A DNA stretch of 64,000 bases. Origin: Oscillospiraceae bacterium. GTDB lineage: Bacteria; Bacillota; Clostridia; Oscillospirales; Oscillospiraceae. The notes under the pieces are model-generated. The model had not been told where the DNA came from, ran no database searches, and saw only the letters and a program-made list of their open reading frames with translations. A program made the translations under genes and the position numbers. The stretch is from contig DBFBGR010000024.1 of the NCBI GenBank assembly GCA_048201935.1, positions 41,322-105,321 of the forward strand, in the 5' to 3' direction. Every line of letters begins with the position of its first letter. The first letter of the stretch is position 1. Shown piece after piece: positions 57,490-64,000 of this stretch.

Positions 57490-59634
57490 ATGTCAACCGT
57501 TATTACCAAGAAGCAGTTCAACACCAAGACCTGGTCCATGGACCTGCTGGGCCGCAAGCTCACCATCGAAATGGGCCGCATGGCCGAGCTGGCCAACGCC
57601 AGCGCCATGGTCACCTACGGCGACACCAGCGTCATGGTGGCCGTCACCGCCGCCCCCCGTCCCCGGGACGGGGTGGACTTCTTCCCCCTGAGCGTGGACT
57701 TCGAGGAGAAGCTCTACGCCGTGGGCCGCATCCCCGGCTCCTTCCTGCGCCGCGAGGGTCAGCCCTCCCTGCCCGCCGTGCTGGCCAGCCGGGTCATCGA
57801 CCGGTCCATCCGGCCCCTGTTCCCCTACGACTTCCGCAACGACGTGGTGGTCACCTGCACCGTCATGAGCCTGGACCGGGACTGCTCTCCCGAGATGGCC
57901 GCCATGTTCGGCGTGAGCGCCTGCCTGGCGGTGTCCGACATCCCCTGGGCCGGGCCCATCGGCTGCGTGGAGGCGGGCTATGTGGACGGCCAGATCGTCC
58001 TCAATCCCACCCAGGACCAGCGCCACAACTCCAAGCTGGACCTGACCGTGGCCGCCAGCCAGGAGAAGGTCATCATGATCGAGGCCGGTGCCAAGGAGCT
58101 GCCCGACGACATCATGTACGACGCCATTTGCCAAGCCCACGAGGAGGCCAAGCGCCAGATCGCCCTCATCAACCAGATGGTGGCCGAGGTGGGCAAGGAG
58201 AAGATGACCTACGACCACGCCGCCTTCGACCAGGAGCTTTTTGACGACATCGTCGCCAACTTCATGGACGAGGCCAAGGCCGCCATGGACACCGACGACA
58301 AGAACGTCCGGGAGACCCGCTGGAACGCCATGATCGAGAAGTGGCACGAGAAGTATCTGGACAGCCACCCCGACATGGACCAGTACCTGGAGGAGATCAC
58401 CTATAAGTTCCAGAAGAAGATCGTCAAGGCCTGGCTGCTGGAGGGCCACCGTGTAGACGGCCGGGCCAAGAACGAGATCCGGCCCCTGGCCGCCGAGGTG
58501 GGCGTGCTGCCCCGGGTCCACGGCTCTGGTATGTTCACCCGCGGCCAGACCCAGGTCCTCTCCATCTGCACGCTGAACACCCTCTCCGCCGCCCAGAAGA
58601 TGGACACCATCTGGGAGGAGGAAGAGGTGCGGTATATGCACCACTACAACTTCCCCGCCTACTCCACCGGCGAGGCCCGGGCCAGCCGCTCCACCAACCG
58701 CCGGGAGAAAGGCCACGGCGCGCTGGCCCAGCGGGCCCTGGAGCCCGTCCTCCCCGAGGTGGACGAGTTCCCCTACGCCATCCGCGTGGTCTCTGAGGTC
58801 CTGAGCTCCAACGGCTCCACCTCCCAGGGCTCCATCTGCGGCTCCACCCTGGCCCTCATGGACGCGGGCGTGCCCATTAAGGCCCCGGTGGCCGGCATCT
58901 CCTGCGGCCTCATCCAGGACGACAACGGCGGCTTCACCACCTTCATCGACATCCAGGGCGTGGAGGACTTCCACGGCGAGATGGACTTCAAGGTGGCGGG
59001 CACCAAGGCCGGCATCACCGCCATCCAGATGGACATCAAGAACGACGGCCTCTCCCACGCCATCATCAAGGAGGCCCTGGCCATCACCAAGGACGCGCGC
59101 TTTGCCATCCTGGACGAGATCATGCTCCCCTGCATCGCCGAGCCTCGTCCCGAGGTCAGCCGCTACGCCCCCAAGATGCTCACCATGAAGATCGACCCCG
59201 AGAACATCCGGGACGTGATCGGCAAGGGCGGCAGCGTTATCCAGAAGATCACCGCCGAGTCCGGCGCTCAGATCGACATCGAGGAGGACGGCACCATCCA
59301 CATCGCCTCCCCCGACGCCGAGAGCTGCGAGAAGGCCAAGAAGATGATCGACACCATCGTCTTCGTCCCCGAGGTGGGCCAGCTCTACTACGGCAAGGTG
59401 GTCTCCATCATGCCCTTCGGCGCTTTTGTGGAGCTCGCCCCCGGCAAGGACGGCCTGGTCCACATCTCCAAGCTTGCCAACCACCGGGTGGAGAAGGTGG
59501 AGGACGTGGTCAACATCGGCGACATGATCTGGGTCAAGTTCATGGAGATCGACGAGAAGGGCCGCTGGAACCTTTCCTACAAGGACGCGCTCCGGGAGCT
59601 GGAGCAGAGAGGGGCCAAGGCCCCTGAGGCCTAA
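57490..59634 (+). CDS. pnp: polyribonucleotide nucleotidyltransferase (PNPase)
   Basis: Two RNase PH domains, a KH domain (IGKGGSVIQKI) and a C-terminal S1 domain (GKVVSIMPFGAFVEL). AAGGAGG RBS. Confidence 0.95.
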   Translation: MSTVITKKQFNTKTWSMDLLGRKLTIEMGRMAELANASAMVTYGDTSVMVAVTAAPRPRDGVDFFPLSVDFEEKLYAVGRIPGSFLRREGQPSLPAVLASRVIDRSIRPLFPYDFRNDVVVTCTVMSLDRDCSPEMAAMFGVSACLAVSDIPWAGPIGCVEAGYVDGQIVLNPTQDQRHNSKLDLTVAASQEKVIMIEAGAKELPDDIMYDAICQAHEEAKRQIALINQMVAEVGKEKMTYDHAAFDQELFDDIVANFMDEAKAAMDTDDKNVRETRWNAMIEKWHEKYLDSHPDMDQYLEEITYKFQKKIVKAWLLEGHRVDGRAKNEIRPLAAEVGVLPRVHGSGMFTRGQTQVLSICTLNTLSAAQKMDTIWEEEEVRYMHHYNFPAYSTGEARASRSTNRREKGHGALAQRALEPVLPEVDEFPYAIRVVSEVLSSNGSTSQGSICGSTLALMDAGVPIKAPVAGISCGLIQDDNGGFTTFIDIQGVEDFHGEMDFKVAGTKAGITAIQMDIKNDGLSHAIIKEALAITKDARFAILDEIMLPCIAEPRPEVSRYAPKMLTMKIDPENIRDVIGKGGSVIQKITAESGAQIDIEEDGTIHIASPDAESCEKAKKMIDTIVFVPEVGQLYYGKVVSIMPFGAFVELAPGKDGLVHISKLANHRVEKVEDVVNIGDMIWVKFMEIDEKGRWNLSYKDALRELEQRGAKAPEA

Positions 59635-59657
59635 ATTTTCTTTTGCAAAGGATCCAG

Positions 59658-59692
59658 AACCGGCCACACCTTACGGGTGTGGCCGGTTTTTT
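59658..59692 (+). terminator. intrinsic terminator after pnp
   Basis: CCGGCCACACC-TTACG-GGTGTGGCCGG followed by TTTTTT. Confidence 0.85.
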
Positions 59693-59695
59693 ACC

Positions 59696-59724
59696 TTGAC
59701 AATATTCTACTTGTAGAATATAAT
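59696..59724 (+). promoter_or_regulatory. consensus sigma-A promoter with embedded 20-bp palindromic operator (PadR autoregulation candidate)
   Basis: TTGACA (59696-59701), 17 nt, TATAAT (59719-59724). The spacer and -10 contain the perfect palindrome ATATTCTAC-TT-GTAGAATAT (59702-59721). Confidence 0.65.
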
Positions 59725-59747
59725 ATGGGCAAAAAGGAGGGGTGTTC

Positions 59748-60290
59748 ATGCTCAAGCACGGGATACTGGGGCTTTTGAACTACCACGAGATGACGGGCTA
59801 TGAGATCATGGTGGCCTTTCGGGACTCCCTGCGGTTCTTCTGGAACGCCCAGACCAGCCAGATCTACCGGGAACTCCAGACCCTGGAGGCCAAGGGCTGG
59901 GCGGGCAAGACCCCGGTGGCCCAGCAGGGCAAGCCGGACAAGAACGTCTACGCCATCACCTCCGAGGGCCGGGAGGAGCTTTTGAAGTGGCTGTCCCAGC
60001 CGGAGGTACAGGGAGAGAGCCGCAACCGCATTTTGATGAAGGTCTTTTTCTTCGGCGAGCGGAGCCGGGAAGAGAACATCCGCTATTTCGAGGGGCTGCG
60101 GGACTATTACGCCATGCTGCTCCAAAGCTTGGACGCTGTGCCGGAGAGCATCCGGGCCTACGGGTCGTTCCTGGGAGACGGGGACAAGACCCTTTATTGG
60201 GAAATGGCGGTGGAGTATGGCCGGCGCGCCATGGGAATGCACATCGACTGGGCCCAGAGCTGTATCGACACGCTGAAGGAGGAGAGGTAG
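59748..60290 (+). CDS. PadR-family transcriptional regulator
   Basis: LKHGILGLLNYHEMTGYEIMVAFRDSLRFFWNAQTSQIYRELQTLEAKGW (winged helix of the PadR type). AAAGGAGGGG RBS. Confidence 0.85.
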   Translation: MLKHGILGLLNYHEMTGYEIMVAFRDSLRFFWNAQTSQIYRELQTLEAKGWAGKTPVAQQGKPDKNVYAITSEGREELLKWLSQPEVQGESRNRILMKVFFFGERSREENIRYFEGLRDYYAMLLQSLDAVPESIRAYGSFLGDGDKTLYWEMAVEYGRRAMGMHIDWAQSCIDTLKEER

Positions 60291-61934
60291 ATGAAGGTTT
60301 TGGTCATCAACGGCAGTCCCAAGGCAGAGAAAAGCAACACCTGGCTGCTGACAAAGGCCTTTTTGGCGGGGATGGAGGACAGCGGCCAAAGCCTGGAAAC
60401 CCGGGAGCTGGCGGTGAACAAACTGGACATCCAGCCCTGCCGGGGGTGCTTTTCCTGCTGGAGCAAGACCCCGGGAGCGTGCTGCGTCCGGGACGACATG
60501 GCCCAGGTGCTGGAGGAGCTGCTGTGGGCGGACGTGACGGTGTGGAGCTTTCCCCTCTACTATTTCTCCGTGCCCGGGCCGCTGAAAAACCTCGTTGACC
60601 GCCAGCTACCCCTGGTCCTGCCCTTTATGTCCGCCGACGGCGGCGAGACCGGCAGCGGCAGCCACCCCACCCGCTACGACATGACAGGCAAGCGCACCGT
60701 TGTCATCTCCACCTGCGGCTTCTATACCGCCCAGGGGAATTACGACGGGGTATGCAGTCTGTTTGACCACGAGTGCGGCAAGGGGAACTACACCGCCATC
60801 TTCTGCGGCCAGGGAGAGCTGTTCCGCATTCCAGAGCTGCGGCAACGGACCCAGGAATATTTGGGCTACGTCCGCCAGGCGGGCCGGGATTACATGGCGG
60901 GCGGCGTCACTCCGGAGACCAGAGAGAAGCTGGATCAGCTCCTCTTTCCAAGGGAGACCTTTGAGCGTTGGGCGGACGACAGCTGGGGCCTGGACGCCAA
61001 GACCGGGGAGCGGGAGAGCGACACCCTGGTCTTCACCCGGCAGATGGCCGCTCTCTACAAAAAGGCGAGCTGGCCCGGCCACGACCTGGTGTTGGAGATG
61101 GACTACACCGATGTGAACGAGCGCTACCAGATCGTCCTGGGCCAGGAGGGCAGCCGGGTGCTGACGGAGGACTTTCTCAGCGCCACCACCACTGTGGAGA
61201 CCCCCATCACCGTCTGGCGGGCTATCTCGGCGGGGGAGATCAGCGGCAGCGAGGCCATGATGCGCCACCAGTACCGGGTGAAGGGGGAGCTGGAGCTGCT
61301 GATGAAGTGGGACGACTACTTTTCCGGCACCGGCGACAAGGACACTCCGGCACAAACAAAGGAGGCCGCCCCGGCGGCGGGGGCCCACATCCCAACGAAG
61401 CCCACCAATATGAACATCCTGCTCATCCCCTGGATCGTGTTCTGGGTGGCGGTGTCCATCCACGCCCTGTGGGGCGGCGTGGCCACGCTGGCGGCCTGCG
61501 CGCTGGTGCCACTGGTCTTCTACGGTCACAAAACGACATTTTACGACATTCTCTCCGAGGCGCTGGTCATCGGCTTTGCCACGGCGGCGGTGCTGGGCGC
61601 GCCGGTCCGGCTGGTGGTGCCCCTGGGTTATCTGGTCTTTGGGGTCATGTGGAGCGTGAGCTGCCTGCTGCCCGTTCCCCTCACCGCCCATTACTCCATG
61701 AACGGCTACGGTGGGGAGGATGCCCTCCAAAATCCGCTGTTTGTCCGCACCAACCGCATCCTGACCCTGGCCTGGGGACTTTTGTACCTGGTCACCCCCA
61801 TCTGGACCTACTTCATCCTGGGCACGGGCATCGGCGGCTGGACTGGGGCTATCAATTCCGTCCTGCCCCTGTTCATGGGGCTCTTCACCAACTGGTTCCA
61901 GAAGTGGTATCCCGCCAAAGTGGCCAGAGGATAA
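60291..61934 (+). CDS. fusion protein: iron-sulfur-flavoprotein-like NAD(P)H oxidoreductase + SCP2-like domain + C-terminal polytopic membrane domain
   Basis: MKVLVINGSPK flavodoxin-like start. Cys cluster CRGCFSCWSKTPGACC. Middle segment WRAISAGEISGSEAMMRHQYRVKGELELLMKW is SCP2-like. The last ~170 aa form 4-5 hydrophobic helices. The start abuts the PadR stop. Confidence 0.65.
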   Translation: MKVLVINGSPKAEKSNTWLLTKAFLAGMEDSGQSLETRELAVNKLDIQPCRGCFSCWSKTPGACCVRDDMAQVLEELLWADVTVWSFPLYYFSVPGPLKNLVDRQLPLVLPFMSADGGETGSGSHPTRYDMTGKRTVVISTCGFYTAQGNYDGVCSLFDHECGKGNYTAIFCGQGELFRIPELRQRTQEYLGYVRQAGRDYMAGGVTPETREKLDQLLFPRETFERWADDSWGLDAKTGERESDTLVFTRQMAALYKKASWPGHDLVLEMDYTDVNERYQIVLGQEGSRVLTEDFLSATTTVETPITVWRAISAGEISGSEAMMRHQYRVKGELELLMKWDDYFSGTGDKDTPAQTKEAAPAAGAHIPTKPTNMNILLIPWIVFWVAVSIHALWGGVATLAACALVPLVFYGHKTTFYDILSEALVIGFATAAVLGAPVRLVVPLGYLVFGVMWSVSCLLPVPLTAHYSMNGYGGEDALQNPLFVRTNRILTLAWGLLYLVTPIWTYFILGTGIGGWTGAINSVLPLFMGLFTNWFQKWYPAKVARG

Positions 61935-61941
61935 AGGCCGC

Positions 61942-61974
61942 AAAAAACGGACCGCCCTAGGGCGGTCCGTTTTC
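61942..61974. terminator. bidirectional intrinsic terminator (flavoprotein gene + / cinA -)
   Basis: AAAAAACGGACCGCC-CTAG-GGCGGTCCGTTTTC. Confidence 0.8.
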
Positions 61975-62000
61975 TTATACTAAGGGCCCAAGCTAAGGGC

Positions 62001-63272
62001 TCAAAACACTGGTTTCAGCTCCAAGGGCAGGCCCTGGAGGTGCCGCCGGACCAGGTCGAAGGCGTGGTGGGCAGCGGAGGTGCGCGCCCGGTCCCGGCTA
62101 AGGCCCAGGTTGGTCTCCCGGCAGAATTCTCCGCCCTCCCAGGCCAGGGCCACGTATACAAGGCCCACGCTGTTGCCCCGCTCGTCGGGGTCGGGCCCGG
62201 CCACCCCGGTGGTGGCCACCGCCAGGTCGCACCCCAGGGCCTTTCTGGCCCCCCGGGCCATGGCCAGGGCCACCTCCCGGCTCACCGCCCCGTGCTGCTC
62301 CAGCAAGGTGTGGTCCACCCCCAGCAGGCTCTCCTTGGCGGCGTTGCAGTAGGTCACCAGCCCGCCCTTGAACACGCTGGACGCCCCGGGCAGGTCGGTC
62401 ATTCGCTTGGCGATGAGCCCGCCGGTGCAGCTCTCGGCGCAGCCAAAGGTAAGGCCCTTGTCCTTCAGTAGCGAGAAGGCCACCGCCTCGATGCTGGGAA
62501 CGTCCGCGCCGTAGATCAGATCGCCCAAAATGCCCCGCAGCTCCTCTTCCGCCGGGGCGATCAGGGCCCGGGCGGAGTCCTCACTGTCCGCCTTGGCCGT
62601 CAGCCGCAGCTCCACCTCGCCAGTCTTGGCGTAGGGAGCCAGGGTGGGGTTTTCCATGGCGTTCATCTTGTCCCGGAGCCGCTGCTCCACCGCCGATTCC
62701 CCCATGCCAAAGACCCGCAGGGACCGGGACAGGATGGTCTGGCCCGACAGCTTTTTGAGGTACGGCGCTACCCGCTCAAGGAACATGGGCCGGCACTCGC
62801 TAGGCGGGCCGGGGAGCATGATGACCCGGCAACCCTGGGCCTCGAAGATACACCCCGGGGCGGTGCCCCAGTCGTTTTGGAGGATGGTACAGCCCCGGGG
62901 CAGCATGGCCTGCTGGAGGTTGTTTTCCGGCATTTTGGTGGAGTGGAGCCTCTTTTCAAAGTAGTCTTGAATGCGCGCCGCGCTCTCGTCGTCAAAGACC
63001 AGCTCCAGGCCAAAGCACTTCGCCAACGTCTGCTTGGTCAGGTCGTCACAGGTGGGGCCCAGGCCGCCGGTGGTGATGATGATGTCCGCCCGGGTCTTGG
63101 CCAGCTCCACCGCTTGGGACAGCCGCCCTGGGTTGTCCCCCACCACCGTCTGGTAAAACACGTTCACGCCCAGAGCGGACAGCTCCCGGCACAGAAATTG
63201 GGCGTCGGTGTTCACGATGTTGCCCAGCAGCAGCTCCGTCCCCACCGAGATGATCTCCGCGTTGTGGGTCAT
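62001..63272 (-). CDS. cinA: CinA-family competence/damage-inducible protein (MoCF-binding domain + NMN deamidase domain)
   Basis: AEIISVGTELLLGNIVNTDAQFL, ITTGGLGPTCDDLT, and the C-terminal PncC-like ESCTGGLIA. Confidence 0.9.
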   Translation of the reverse strand: MTHNAEIISVGTELLLGNIVNTDAQFLCRELSALGVNVFYQTVVGDNPGRLSQAVELAKTRADIIITTGGLGPTCDDLTKQTLAKCFGLELVFDDESAARIQDYFEKRLHSTKMPENNLQQAMLPRGCTILQNDWGTAPGCIFEAQGCRVIMLPGPPSECRPMFLERVAPYLKKLSGQTILSRSLRVFGMGESAVEQRLRDKMNAMENPTLAPYAKTGEVELRLTAKADSEDSARALIAPAEEELRGILGDLIYGADVPSIEAVAFSLLKDKGLTFGCAESCTGGLIAKRMTDLPGASSVFKGGLVTYCNAAKESLLGVDHTLLEQHGAVSREVALAMARGARKALGCDLAVATTGVAGPDPDERGNSVGLVYVALAWEGGEFCRETNLGLSRDRARTSAAHHAFDLVRRHLQGLPLELKPVF

Positions 63273-63354
63273 GGCACTCGCCTCCTCAAAAATATAAGCT
63301 TGCCGTTATTATAACGCACTTAGGGCAAAAAGTATAGAAAAAGTGACGGCCTTG

Positions 63355-63645
63355 TCAGCCGTCACGTGCATGGAGCCTTTTGTACTCCTGCCAGGCGTCC
63401 TTGCGCTCCCGGGCACGCCGCCGGCCCATCACCGCCGCCACGATGGCCAGCCCCAGCGCCACCGCGCCCCAGGCCACGGCGCTCAGCACCGTGGCGGTAT
63501 TCACCCCCATAAACAGCATGGGCAACCCGCCCGCCAGCAGGGCCACCGCGGCCTCCACGCACACGAGGGCGTAGAGGTTATTTCCACCCAAGCCGTGCTC
63601 CTTCCACTTTTCCTCAAACTCCCGGTACATTTCATCCTTTTTCAC
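63355..63645 (-). CDS. small two-TM membrane protein (hypothetical), divergent from the XRE regulator
   Basis: 96 aa. Charged N-terminus, two hydrophobic helices (LYALVCVEAAVALLAGGLPMLFMGV; VLSAVAWGAVALGLAIVAAVMG), basic C-tail. Confidence 0.5.
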   Translation of the reverse strand: MKKDEMYREFEEKWKEHGLGGNNLYALVCVEAAVALLAGGLPMLFMGVNTATVLSAVAWGAVALGLAIVAAVMGRRRARERKDAWQEYKRLHARDG

Positions 63646-63697
63646 CGGACCGAGCCTCCCTTCCAGACCGCTTGTCTTGAAAAGAACGCTCTGATTT

Positions 63698-63740
63698 TAG
63701 TACAAATATTTACTAAAGTCAATAGTAAATATTTGTACTG
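63698..63740. promoter_or_regulatory. 17-bp perfect inverted repeat (operator candidate) in the divergent XRE promoter region
   Basis: AGTACAAATATTTACTA (63699-63715), 7 nt, TAGTAAATATTTGTACT (63723-63739). AT-rich and located between divergently transcribed genes. Confidence 0.6.
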
Positions 63741-63785
63741 GGTTAAACTAAAGCCATCCCCATTCCCCGGAGGTGGCAAAACAGC

Positions 63786-64000
63786 ATGGACTATATGGAG
63801 CGTCTGCGGGCGCTGCGGGAGGACAACGACCTGACCCAGGCCCAGGTGGCCCAGTTCCTGGGCACGTCTCAGACCATGTACGCCCGGTATGAGCGCGGGG
63901 CCAACGAGCTGCCCATCCGTCATTTGATCGCCCTGTGCGGGTTTTATAACGTCTCCGCCGACTATCTTCTGGGCACCCGCCCGGACAAACTGCGCCCAGG
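63786..64000 (+). CDS. XRE-family helix-turn-helix transcriptional regulator (3' end outside the window)
   Basis: GGAGGTG RBS. MDYMERLRALREDNDLTQAQVAQFLGTSQTMYARYERGANELPIRHLIALCGFYNVSADYLLG is a canonical Cro/C1 HTH. The frame runs off the window, so it is absent from the ORF track. Confidence 0.8.
   Translation, partial: MDYMERLRALREDNDLTQAQVAQFLGTSQTMYARYERGANELPIRHLIALCGFYNVSADYLLGTRPDKLRP

Noticed and set aside
57493-59667. Long ORFs antisense to housekeeping genes: pnp (57493-59667), metK (5556-6749), mreB (4201-5535), helicase (55644-56876), metY (51223-52182), prfB (47299-48231), flavoprotein (60606-61943), SLH-phosphatase (9129-11000), ABC exporter (50060-51133)
   Set aside because: In each case the opposite strand encodes a protein with unmistakable family motifs. 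The antisense products are G/A/V/H/L-rich without motifs or translation signals.

Overview
Visibly GC-rich chromosomal window from a Gram-positive bacterium that uses SLH cell-wall anchors. Gene content (rny, comF, mreB, luxS, SLH proteins) fits a high-GC Clostridia, Oscillospirales-like gut anaerobe; the taxon is inference only. Left flank (1-9.1 kb): a yhaO/yhaN-like repair pair, lepB, an S4 protein, comF, mreB, then a SAM/AI-2 cluster (metK behind a SAM riboswitch, a rhomboid-like protein, mtnN, luxS). Centre (9.1-47.0 kb, all minus strand, more than half the window): a surface-protein locus. It holds a 740-aa beta-helix protein, a 2475-aa protein ending in five tandem ~150-aa repeats, an uninterrupted 8297-aa SLH-anchored giant protein and a 388-aa paralogue of that protein's anchor module. 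One consensus promoter lies upstream and one terminator downstream of these four genes. A separately transcribed SLH-anchored phosphatase-like protein, whose catalytic Cys is replaced by Ser, follows. Right flank (47-64 kb): prfB, a DUF896 gene, ylmH-like, an ABC exporter, metY, comEB, then an RNA-decay neighbourhood (rny, DEAD-box helicase, rpsO-pnp), a PadR/flavoprotein pair, cinA and an XRE module. The best non-coding signal is a ~140-nt GC-rich element in three copies, each starting 0-5 nt after a stop codon. Its divergent copy carries compensatory substitutions in four helices, which argues for a selected RNA structure. No rRNA, tRNA, CRISPR array, transposase or integrase was recognised. 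The many long ORFs antisense to real genes, including ORFs of 4381, 2198 and 1744 aa, are treated as GC/codon-bias artefacts.
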